DNA of 32,000 nt, from the NCBI GenBank assembly GCA_017481495.1, contig JAFUPC010000033.1:22593-54592 (forward strand). The letters are read 5' to 3'. Position 1 is the first letter of the stretch, and each line of letters opens with the position of its first letter. The notes beneath the pieces are model-generated. The model saw nothing but the letters and a program-made list of their open reading frames with translations, did no database searches and was not told the origin of the DNA. The DNA comes from Clostridia bacterium (GTDB taxonomy: Bacteria; Bacillota; Clostridia; Oscillospirales; CAG-272). The translations under genes were made by a program, and so were the position numbers. Shown in pieces: positions 1 through 7,274 of this stretch.

Positions 1-343
1 TCTCCCAGAGCGCGACACATCCCCACGCACCGACAGCGCACTGGGTATGACCGCTGGGAAATGAATAGCCGGTGGCGGCTTCTCTTGCGCTTTCCACGAT
101 GGTAAAATCCGGGTCCAGCACCCACGGGCGCGGGATGCGGAACATCATTTTCAGCCCTTGATTGATCATCGTGCCGCCAAGACCGACGACGAGAAGATAA
201 TATCCGCCGCGTTTGTCCACGCACCAGAACATGATGAGCACCAAAATGATGAACAGAAGTTCATGTCCGAAATAGGTCACGGCTGAGAAAAATGCATCCA
301 ATATGGGATTGCGGATCGATTCAAAAAAGTATAAAATTTCCAT
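1..343 (-). CDS. PAP2-family phosphatase (phosphatidate/undecaprenyl-diphosphate phosphatase-like). The N-terminal part is in the window and the gene runs off the left edge.
   Basis: Not in the ORF track because it is open to the window edge. Reverse-strand translation from the ATG at 343-341 gives MEILYFFESIRNPILDAFFSAVTYFGHELLFIILVLIMFWCVDKRGGYYLLVVGLGGTMINQGLKMMFRIPRPW...YSFPSGHTQ. This carries the PAP2 KxxxxxxRP and PSGH blocks. A GGAAGGA SD (reverse complement of 353-359) lies 9 nt upstream. Confidence 0.75.
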   Translation of the reverse strand, partial: MEILYFFESIRNPILDAFFSAVTYFGHELLFIILVLIMFWCVDKRGGYYLLVVGLGGTMINQGLKMMFRIPRPWVLDPDFTIVESAREAATGYSFPSGHTQCAVGAWGCVALWE

Positions 344-462
344 AAGTGAATTTCCTTCCGTTCGATTCTATATTCTTATTATACCACAGAATCATGACAA
401 ACACAAGAGGGCCGGATAAAAAACCCGTAATTATCGAAAATGCCGAAAAATCGGAAAAGGGA

Positions 463-491
463 TTGACAGGCTGAGAAAAGTATGGTATAAT
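463..491 (+). promoter_or_regulatory. Sigma-A type promoter for the pfl leader
   Basis: TTGACA at 463-468, a 17-bp spacer, then an extended -10 TGgTATAAT (TG at 483-484, TATAAT at 486-491). This implies a leader of about 220 nt before the pflB ATG at 721. Confidence 0.7.
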
Positions 492-509
492 GGGTACATG
501 GTAAAACAT

Positions 510-623
510 AAGCCTCTGACGGAATTGCGGTGTCCCGGATGCAGAATGGATTCTGTTTCCCGGTACTGCCGTATGTGGAAATAACCACAATGAGGTTTCA
601 GTATGTGCCGCTTCGTCTGGGCA
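510..623 (+). promoter_or_regulatory. Candidate ZTP (pfl-motif) riboswitch aptamer in the pflB leader
   Basis: The putative P1 pairs AAGCCUC (510-516) with GAGGUUU (592-598). It is followed by CUGACG (516-521; recalled consensus CUGGCG). P2 is the hairpin UGUGG-AAAUAA-CCACA (574-589). The 3' element CGUCUGGGCA (614-623) resembles the recalled consensus CGCCUGGGCA. The G-to-A change on the 5' side and the C-to-U change on the 3' side are compensatory for the pseudoknot. An extra insert of about 45 nt (531-573) is atypical. The consensus is recalled from memory and was not aligned. Confidence 0.45.
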
Positions 624-662
624 ACACTTTCGCAAAACGGAAGTGCGGCCTTTTTTGTTTTT
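607..662 (+). terminator. Intrinsic terminator / attenuator in the pflB leader
   Basis: The stem pairs GCCGCTTCGT (607-616) with ACGGAAGTGCGGC (637-649), with one bulge. It is followed by TTTTTTGTTTTT (651-662). The 5' arm overlaps the putative riboswitch 3' element, as expected for an expression platform. Confidence 0.65.
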
Positions 663-720
663 ATATTTGGAATGTTTTCCATCTGTTTTGGTGGAAAGCG
701 CAAAGAAAGGAATCTGAATT

Positions 721-2952
721 ATGAAATTTGAACAGTGGAACGGCTTTTCTGCCGGTGTCTGGCAGGACAGCATCAATGTGCGCGACTTCATCCAGAAAAA
801 CTATACGCCGTATGAGGGGGACGAATCGTTCCTCGCACCGCCGACGGCGCGCACGCGGATGCTCAACGAAAAATTATCGGAGCTGCTGGCAAAGGAGCAT
901 GAACGCGGCGGTATTCTCGATGTCGATACCGAAACGGTCGCATCGCTCTGCTCATTTGCACCCGGCTATCTCGACCGGGACAATGAAATCATCGTCGGTC
1001 TTCAGACAGATGCGCCGCTCAAACGCGCGGTGAACCCGTTCGGCGGCATCAACATGACCCGCAAAGCCTGCAAGGCATACGGCTACGAGCTGTCGCAGAA
1101 GGTGGAGGACGAATTCAAGTTCCGCACCACGCACAATGACGGTGTGTTCCGCGTTTACAACGAAGCCATCCGCGCGGCACGCCACACGGGCATCATCACG
1201 GGTCTTCCCGATGCCTACGGCCGCGGACGCATCATCGGCGACTACCGCCGCGTTGCACTGTACGGTGTGGATGTTCTCATTGAACAGAAGAAGAAAGACA
1301 AGGCTGCCATTGCCTCTCACAATGTCCTGGCAGACGACATCCGCCGTCTGGAGGAGCTGTATCAGCAGATTGCGTTCCTGGAAAAATTGAAAGATATGGC
1401 GGCGATGTACGGTTATGACATTTCCGTTCCGGCAAAGGACTCCCGCGAAGCGGTGCAGTGGCTGTATTTCGGCTATCTCGGTGCCATCAAGGAGCAGAAC
1501 GGTGCGGCGATGAGCCTTGGACGCAACATGGCGTTCCTTGACATCTATTTTGAACGCGATCTGAAAGCCGGCATTTATGACGAGTGTGCCATTCAGGAGA
1601 TCATCGACGACTTTGTCATGAAGCTGCGCATGGCGCGGCATCTGCGTACGCCCGAATACAACGAGCTGTTTGCCGGCGACCCGATGTGGATCACGGAAGC
1701 CATCGGCGGTATGGGCGAGGACGGCAGAACGCTGGTCACAAAGTCCGCATTCCGCATTCTGCATACGCTTTACAACCTGAATCCCTCCGCAGAACCGAAC
1801 CTGACCGTGCTTTGGTCGAAAGACCTGCCCGCCGGTTTCCGCCGTTATGCCGCAAAGGTCTCCTGCGATACCGACTCCATCCAGTATGAAAACGACGACC
1901 TGATGCGCCGCAAGTTCGGCGACGACTACGCGATCGCGTGCTGTGTCTCGGCGATGCGTGTCGGAAAGGATATGCAGTTCTTCGGCGCGCGCGCGAATCT
2001 GGTCAAGCTGCTGCTTCTCTCGCTCAACGGCGGCAGAGACGAAAAGAGCGGAACGCAGATCGCGACTGCCGGAAAGCGGTTTGAGGGCGAATATCTGGAT
2101 TACGACACCGTCTGCACCCTGATGGACGAATACCGTCCATGGCTTGCCGAGACGTATGTCAAAGCCATGAACATGATCCACTATATGCACGACAAGTATG
2201 CTTATGAAAAGATCCAGATGGCACTGCATGACACCGATGTTCACCGCTTCATGGCGTTCGGTGTGGCGGGACTTTCCGTTCTGGCGGACTCGCTGTCGGC
2301 GATCCGGTATGCAAAGGTGCGTGTTATCCGCGACGAAACGGGACTGATCAAGGATTTTGAGACGGTCGGCGAATTCCCGAAATACGGCAACGATGACGAC
2401 CGTGTGGACAGCATCGCTGTAGAGCAGGTCGGAAAATTCTTCGATGCGCTCAAAGCCATTCCAACCTACCGCGATGCCGAGCATACGCTGTCGATTCTGA
2501 CCATTACCTCAAATGTAGTCTACGGCAAGAAGACCGGTTCCACGCCAGACGGCAGAAAAGCCGGCGAACCGTTTGCGCCCGGCGCGAACCCGATGCACGG
2601 CAGAGATGCTTCCGGTGCGCTCGCATCCCTCAACTCCGTTGCGAAGCTCTCCTATGATGTCTGCAAGGACGGCATTTCCAACACGTTCTGCATCATTCCG
2701 CAGGCGCTCGGTGCCGACGACGAATCCCGTTATGCAAATCTCTGCACCATCATTGACGGTTATTTCGGACAGGATGCACAGCACATCAACGTCAACGTCT
2801 TCAACCGCGATATGCTTCTTGATGCCCAGGCACATCCGGAAAAGTACCCGAATCTGACCATCCGTGTCTCCGGCTACGCGGTCAACTTCCACCGTCTGTC
2901 GAGAGAACAGCAGAATGAGGTCATCGCGCGTACTTTCCACGGCGCAATGTAA
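721..2952 (+). CDS. pflB: Pyruvate formate-lyase (formate C-acetyltransferase), a glycyl-radical enzyme
   Basis: 743-aa ORF. It has the C-terminal glycyl-radical motif [11 protein letters not shown] and the active-site Cys pair IACCVSAM. Length and overall sequence are typical of PFL. The activase gene lies immediately downstream. Confidence 0.95.
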   Translation: MKFEQWNGFSAGVWQDSINVRDFIQKNYTPYEGDESFLAPPTARTRMLNEKLSELLAKEHERGGILDVDTETVASLCSFAPGYLDRDNEIIVGLQTDAPLKRAVNPFGGINMTRKACKAYGYELSQKVEDEFKFRTTHNDGVFRVYNEAIRAARHTGIITGLPDAYGRGRIIGDYRRVALYGVDVLIEQKKKDKAAIASHNVLADDIRRLEELYQQIAFLEKLKDMAAMYGYDISVPAKDSREAVQWLYFGYLGAIKEQNGAAMSLGRNMAFLDIYFERDLKAGIYDECAIQEIIDDFVMKLRMARHLRTPEYNELFAGDPMWITEAIGGMGEDGRTLVTKSAFRILHTLYNLNPSAEPNLTVLWSKDLPAGFRRYAAKVSCDTDSIQYENDDLMRRKFGDDYAIACCVSAMRVGKDMQFFGARANLVKLLLLSLNGGRDEKSGTQIATAGKRFEGEYLDYDTVCTLMDEYRPWLAETYVKAMNMIHYMHDKYAYEKIQMALHDTDVHRFMAFGVAGLSVLADSLSAIRYAKVRVIRDETGLIKDFETVGEFPKYGNDDDRVDSIAVEQVGKFFDALKAIPTYRDAEHTLSILTITSNVVYGKKTGSTPDGRKAGEPFAPGANPMHGRDASGALASLNSVAKLSYDVCKDGISNTFCIIPQALGADDESRYANLCTIIDGYFGQDAQHINVNVFNRDMLLDAQAHPEKYPNLTIRVSGYAVNFHRLSREQQNEVIARTFHGAM

Positions 2953-2972
2953 ACCCGATACCGAACACACAA

Positions 2973-3007
2973 AAGGCGTACCGTTTCCGACAGTACGCCT
3001 TTATTTT
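2973..3007 (+). terminator. Hairpin plus T-tract between pflB and pflA (partial terminator)
   Basis: AAGGCGTAC (2973-2981) pairs with GTACGCCTT (2993-3001), a 9-bp perfect stem, followed by TTATTTT. pflA starts at 3018. Confidence 0.6.
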
Positions 3008-3017
3008 AGGAGAATTT

Positions 3018-3773
3018 ATGATAAATAAACCCATCAAAGCCCGCGTTCACAGCTTCCAGAGCCTGGGTGCCGTGGACGGACCGGGCATCCGATATGTCAT
3101 CTTTCTGCAGGGGTGTCCTTATCACTGCCCCTACTGTCACAATCCCGATACCCAGCCGCTTTTGGCTGTGACAAATGAGAACGGCGGCGGGGAATACACT
3201 GTCACAGAGCTTGCTGACCGGGTCGAGCGGTACAAAAGCTACTTCGGCGAGACGGGTGGTGTGACTGTGTCCGGCGGGGAACCGCTTCTGCAAAAGGAAT
3301 TTATGGCGGAATTTTTTGCCGAGTGCCACCGCCGCGGCATCGGGACCTGTCTTGACACGGCGGGAGTGATGCCGGACGATGCTGTCCGAGCGGTGCTGTC
3401 CCACACCGATGTCGTCCTGTGTGACATTAAGCATCCGGATGAAACGAAAAGTCTGGAACTGTTCGGCGTGAACCTGGGGGCGACCGGGGAATTTCTTTCC
3501 GCCTGCCGCGATGCGCACTGCCGCGTGTGGATCCGTCACGTCGTCGTTCCCGGTCTGACCGACACCCCTGACGGCATCCGGGCGGTGGAACGGTTTGCGG
3601 GAGCAATTCTGACACCGGAAAAAATCGAGCTTCTGCCGTTCCGGAAGCTGTGCCTTGAAAAATACGAGCGGCTCGGAATCCCGTTTCCGCTTGCGGATAC
3701 GCCGGAATGCGACAAAAAAACGCTGGAAAATTGCCAGAAGGTCTTGACTTTGACGCCGCGTCAAGTGGTATAA
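3018..3773 (+). CDS. pflA: Pyruvate formate-lyase activating enzyme (radical SAM)
   Basis: 251 aa. It has the motif GCPYHCPYCHN (CxxxCxxC radical SAM cluster) and an N-terminal GAVDGPGIRYVIFLQGC typical of glycyl-radical activases. A GGAG SD sits upstream, and pflB is adjacent. Confidence 0.93.
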   Translation: MINKPIKARVHSFQSLGAVDGPGIRYVIFLQGCPYHCPYCHNPDTQPLLAVTNENGGGEYTVTELADRVERYKSYFGETGGVTVSGGEPLLQKEFMAEFFAECHRRGIGTCLDTAGVMPDDAVRAVLSHTDVVLCDIKHPDETKSLELFGVNLGATGEFLSACRDAHCRVWIRHVVVPGLTDTPDGIRAVERFAGAILTPEKIELLPFRKLCLEKYERLGIPFPLADTPECDKKTLENCQKVLTLTPRQVV

Positions 3774-3785
3774 TATCTTAAGCAA

Positions 3786-3950
3786 GCAAAAAGCGTTGCT
3801 TTTTGCACCCATTCTGCTGAACAGCAGAATGGGTAGGTTTCGCCAGACGGCGAAACCGCTTGATATTTTGATCATATGACACACAATGCTTCGCATTATG
3901 TTTCGCTGTGTATCACAGCGCGGATTTCCTGCGGAAATCCATGTCATATG
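3786..3950. repeat. Cluster of at least six back-to-back, mostly perfect, short hairpins/palindromes in the pflA-merR intergenic region
   Basis: The hairpins are:
- GCAAAAAGC-gtt-GCTTTTTGC (3786-3806);
- ACCCATTCTGCTG-aa-CAGCAGAATGGGT (3807-3834);
- GGTTTCGCC-agac-GGCGAAACC (3836-3857);
- CACAATGC-ttc-GCATTATG (3882-3900, 1 mismatch);
- CGCTGTG-tat-CACAGCG (3904-3920);
- GGATTTCC-tgc-GGAAATCC (3922-3940).
In addition, the outer inverted repeat CATATGACA (3873-3881) / TGTCATATG (3942-3950) encloses the last three. Confidence 0.7.
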
Positions 3951-3988
3951 ATATAATATTCTCAAACCACCCAAAAGGAGAATTTATT

Positions 3989-4990
3989 ATGGCACTTCAG
4001 ACCATCAGTCAGGTATCGCTGTTCTACGGCATTTCCACGCGCACCCTGCGGTATTGGGAACAGGTCGGACTGATCGCATCCATCCGCGGTGAACGGGAGG
4101 ATTACTCCTACCGCACCTATGACGAGGACACCGTTGGACGGCTCCGGCAGATCATCGTTCTGCGCAAGCTGCGGATCCCATTGAAACAGATCGCGGTGAT
4201 TTTGCAAAGCGACAGCGCGGCGCCCGCCATTGCGGCGTTCGAGGAAAACCTCGCCGGGGTCGAGTCCGAGCTGTCGGCGCTGTCCACCATCCGAAGCATC
4301 CTCGTGCGGCTTTTGGAGCAGCTGAAGCTGGACGAGACCAGGTTTGCGCTTCCGGATGACGAGACACTGCTTGAAATGACGGATGCGCTGACCGTTTCCC
4401 GCAATCTGCGCAGGGAAGAAACACCGGAAAAACCGCCGGCAACGATGGAAGACCTGACCCGCGCGGAACAGAAGCTCAACCGCTTATCCGATCGGGATGT
4501 GCGGATCTTGTATCTGCCACCGATGACAGTCGCATCGTATCAGTACATCGGCGATGCGCCGGAAGACCGGACGGGGGAGGTCATCGACCGATTTGTGCGG
4601 GAGCATGATCTGCCTGCGCGTTACCCCGCGATGCGGCATTTCGGTTTCAATGCGCCGAATCCTGTGGATGAGACCGGTTTTCACGGGTATGAACGCTGGG
4701 TCTCGATTCCCGAGGACATGGAGGTTCCCGCGCCGCTTGTGAAAAAATCCATTCCCGGCGGACTGTATGCGGCACACATGATCCCAATGGGCGCGTTTGA
4801 GGAGTGGAGATTGCTTCTCGAGTGGGTCTGTGAAAGCCGGAAATACGATCTCAATATCGAAGACCTGGGCGGCGGGTACCACATGGGACTGTATGAAGAG
4901 CATCTCAATTACGTCAATTATGTGAATCAGGCTGACCTGAAACCGGAAGATATTCAGCTGGATCTGCTGGTTGCGGTGAAACCGAAATAA
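3989..4990 (+). CDS. MerR-family transcriptional regulator with a C-terminal GyrI-like/effector-binding domain
   Basis: The start is chosen at ATG 3989 (MALQTISQVSLFYGISTRTLRYWEQVGLI...), with an AAAGGAG SD at 3974-3980. The track start at 3908 lacks an SD. The N-terminus is a MerR HTH, followed by a coiled-coil linker. The C-terminal ~150 aa resemble BmrR/GyrI-like ligand-binding domains. An extended -10 TGaTATAAT lies at 3949-3957. Confidence 0.8.
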   Translation: MALQTISQVSLFYGISTRTLRYWEQVGLIASIRGEREDYSYRTYDEDTVGRLRQIIVLRKLRIPLKQIAVILQSDSAAPAIAAFEENLAGVESELSALSTIRSILVRLLEQLKLDETRFALPDDETLLEMTDALTVSRNLRREETPEKPPATMEDLTRAEQKLNRLSDRDVRILYLPPMTVASYQYIGDAPEDRTGEVIDRFVREHDLPARYPAMRHFGFNAPNPVDETGFHGYERWVSIPEDMEVPAPLVKKSIPGGLYAAHMIPMGAFEEWRLLLEWVCESRKYDLNIEDLGGGYHMGLYEEHLNYVNYVNQADLKPEDIQLDLLVAVKPK

Positions 4991-5049
4991 AAAAGGTTCT
5001 TTATAAAAAGGAAAGAAGCGATGCGTAAGGTTTAAGCGTTTTTTCTTCT

Positions 5050-5726
5050 TTAAGCAATGCTCCAGCCCTCTGCGTGTTCAATCGTTGCCAGACGATGCGC
5101 GATAACAACAACCGGTTTACCAACTGTCAATTCACTTATTGCCTGTTGAATCAAATGCTCATTTTCTGGATCGACGCTTGCAGTAGCTTCATCCAAAATA
5201 ATGATGGTAGCATTTTTCAAAATAGCTCTGGTAATGGATATACGCTGCTTTTCGCCGCCAGATAGAGAAGAACCACCCTCACCAACGGTTGTGTTATATC
5301 CATTAGGAAGCCGCATAATAAAATCATGGCATTGCGCTTTTTTCGCTGCTTGAACGACATCATCATGTGTCGCCGCCGGATTGCCAAAGCGTATATTATT
5401 CTCGATGGTATCATTAAACAAATACACTTTCTGGAATACCATAAAAATATTTAAAAAGCTATCGCAGGTCATTTTCCGTACATCCGCCTGACTAACCGAC
5501 ACTGTACCGCTGTTCACATCATAAAATCCTGCAATCAGATTACATATCGTTGTTTTTCCGCTGCCGGATGACCCGACAATGGCCGTTGTTGTCTGTTCGG
5601 GAATGGTAAAGTAATATCCTTTAATACGGCTCTATCATCATATCCGAAACTCACATGGTCAAAGCAAATATCGTATTTTTCAAGTTTAATATCTTTTCGC
5701 AACTTGCTATTGCAATTTGCGATTTT
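5050..5726 (-). pseudogene. Remnant of an ABC exporter ATP-binding domain, truncated at both ends and frameshifted
   Basis: Reverse-strand translation gives KDIKLEKYDICFDHVSFGYDDRAVLKDIT. A -1 frameshift follows in the T-run around 5607-5611. Reading then continues FTIPEQTTTAIVGSSGSGKTTICNLIAGFYDV (Walker A), LSGGEKQR (signature), IIILDEATASVD (Walker B) and VIAHRL. There is no transmembrane domain upstream: an in-frame TAA abuts the neighbouring gene's stop at 5727. The C-terminus diverges and stops right after AHRLATIEHA. The fragment is visibly AT-richer than its flanks. Confidence 0.8.
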
Positions 5727-6686
5727 TTATTTCTGTAATTCCATGATCGCCGGTTGCTTCTCAATCGCTCCGGGTAGATTCATTTTTTGTTCCAGATACT
5801 CCCTGAACTTCTCCCTCCCCTCCTCCGTCACACACGAAAACCGTTCCTCAATCATCGGATCATGAAGCCGCTGTTCTGCGCGCCGGCGTTCGCGGACGGC
5901 GTCGTCTTTGTTTTCAAAGGAGCCGAGATAGTAGCGCTTTTTCCGGAAATTGATGTAGGCGGTATACATTCCGGTGCGGGCGTTCTGGTAGACACCGGTA
6001 CAGCCGGTGGAGTTGTTGCGGCGAACGTTTTTGGCGGCGATGAGGGAACCGAGACAGGTGCCGTCGGTGATGTCGCGGCGATAAGAGGAACAATCCGCGC
6101 GGGAGGAGCGGTAGAGACAGCCGCAGGAGCGCACATGGCCGTGCCGGAGAACGCTGACGGAGTGAAACGCGGTGTTGCCGCAGTCGCACTGACATTTCCA
6201 GACAATGGAACCGCAGGAATCGCGGCGGTCGGTGGGAGAGAGCGCGACCAGGGAACCGAAACGCTCGCCGGTGATGTTTTCGGTGCGCATGGCGACCATG
6301 TGCTCCGTCAAAAGACAGCCGCAGGAGCGCGTGTTGCCCCATTTGACATTTGCCGCGGGAATGACGATCTCTTTGCCGCAGGTGCAAGAAAACGACCAGC
6401 AGTCCTGCTTTTTTTCATTATAATATTGAAAGGAACGGGCGGTCAGGCGGCCGAAAACCTGACCGGAAATGTCCCGGGGCGCACCGCGCGTGCGGCGCAT
6501 ACAGCCACAGCTTTGCGTGTGCCCATTGCGCAGATACATCGCGGGCACTTCTTTTTCCCGTCCGCAGTCGCAGACACAGCGCCAGATGACCCCACGCCGT
6601 CCCTCCGAGCGCAGAGGTTCCATCGCCGTGAGAAGACCGAATTTCTGTCCTGTCAGATCGTTTTTCATGTTACCGTCTCCCGTCAT
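5727..6686 (-). CDS. AP2-domain DNA-binding protein with three N-terminal CxC...CGC zinc-ribbon repeats
   Basis: 319-aa ORF. A more likely start is ATG 6668 (MKNDLTGQKFG), preceded by GGGAGACGG. There are three repeats of G(Q/E)xFGxLxA...WxCxCxCGxxxxV...GHxxSCGC. The C-terminus STGCTGVYQNARTGMYTAYINFRKKRYYLGSFENKDDAVRERRRAE matches the AP2/ERF-type fold signature (GV..x..GKW.A.I...gk...LG.F...eeA), as seen in phage and mobile-element proteins. Confidence 0.7.
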   Translation of the reverse strand: MTGDGNMKNDLTGQKFGLLTAMEPLRSEGRRGVIWRCVCDCGREKEVPAMYLRNGHTQSCGCMRRTRGAPRDISGQVFGRLTARSFQYYNEKKQDCWSFSCTCGKEIVIPAANVKWGNTRSCGCLLTEHMVAMRTENITGERFGSLVALSPTDRRDSCGSIVWKCQCDCGNTAFHSVSVLRHGHVRSCGCLYRSSRADCSSYRRDITDGTCLGSLIAAKNVRRNNSTGCTGVYQNARTGMYTAYINFRKKRYYLGSFENKDDAVRERRRAEQRLHDPMIEERFSCVTEEGREKFREYLEQKMNLPGAIEKQPAIMELQK

Positions 6687-6713
6687 TTTTATAATTTTGA
6701 CGGTTGGGTTTCG

Positions 6714-7081
6714 TAAAGCATATTACTTTGCGCTTTATCGCCAAATATCGCGATAATTTTGCGCAATTTCAACAGGTTTCTCCGCGATGCGCCGTCAAAC
6801 GACGGCTTTGGGGCGGTTTCGTTTTTATATTCTGACAGCTTATTTCTGGAATTTTTCTCGCATTATAACAAATGGTAAGAATTTCCACGTTCCGCGCGCA
6901 GAAGAGCCCGGATTTCTGACGGCGGACTGACGGCGATGACCCGAAATTCACGGATTTTTTGTGAGCATTTTGTGAACAAACGGGAAATTATGACGGATTT
7001 TGTTGCAAAATCTTTGATTTTATGATACAATATGAATCATAAAGAACGACGGAATACGGTTGCGCAAAGTAATATGCTTTA
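6714..7081. repeat. Perfect 20-bp inverted repeats bracketing a 328-bp AT-rich promoter-bearing segment
   Basis: The left arm is TAAAGCATATTACTTTGCGC (6714-6733). The right arm is GCGCAAAGTAATATGCTTTA (7062-7081), its exact reverse complement. The flanking bases do not extend the match. The segment sits between the divergent AP2 gene and the giant surface-protein gene. Confidence 0.9.
7003..7031 (+). promoter_or_regulatory. Promoter P1 (inside the IR-bracketed segment), pointing toward the giant gene
   Basis: TTGCAA at 7003-7008, a 17-bp spacer, then an extended -10 TGaTACAAT (TACAAT at 7026-7031). Confidence 0.55.
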
Positions 7082-7134
7082 AGCAAGAATAAACAAATAA
7101 AATGTACGAAAATAATATTATGAACATAAAACAG

Positions 7135-7163
7135 TTGATTTTTGCGCGGGATTGTGCTATAAT
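7135..7163 (+). promoter_or_regulatory. Promoter P2 (outside the IRs) for the giant gene
   Basis: TTGATT at 7135-7140, a 17-bp spacer, then an extended -10 TGcTATAAT (TATAAT at 7158-7163). About 105 nt of leader precede ATG 7275. Confidence 0.65.
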
Positions 7164-7274
7164 TATTATGTGAAAAATAGGGATAGAATTTCTATCTGAC
7201 CCCTATGAAAACATAAATAGATGCGGACAGAACCGGAAACCGGACACCCGCAAATCCTGAAGGGAGACAATTTT

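Noticed and set aside
952-2484. 510-aa minus-strand ORF inside pflB
   Set aside because: It lies antisense to an unambiguous, motif-rich PFL gene. The translation is Arg/Ala/Val/His-rich and low in complexity, with no SD. It is a typical shadow ORF of GC-rich coding DNA.
3006-3974. 322-aa minus-strand ORF opposite pflA
   Set aside because: It is a shadow ORF antisense to the radical SAM activase. It runs across the terminator and hairpin region and has no recognisable motifs.
5787-6716. 309-aa plus-strand ORF opposite the AP2/Zn-ribbon gene
   Set aside because: The Gly/Ala-rich translation has no motifs. The opposite strand encodes a clearly repeated Cys-pattern protein with an AP2 signature.
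6769-6951. 60-aa minus-strand ORF inside the IR-bracketed segment
   Set aside because: It has no SD, sits in AT-rich intergenic DNA, and its composition is implausible. I treat it as non-coding. If the segment inverts, this could be revisited.
7221-7274. Upstream extension of the giant ORF (MRTEPETGHPQILKGDNF)
   Set aside because: It has no SD. The ATG at 7275 has GGGAGA upstream and begins a canonical signal peptide.
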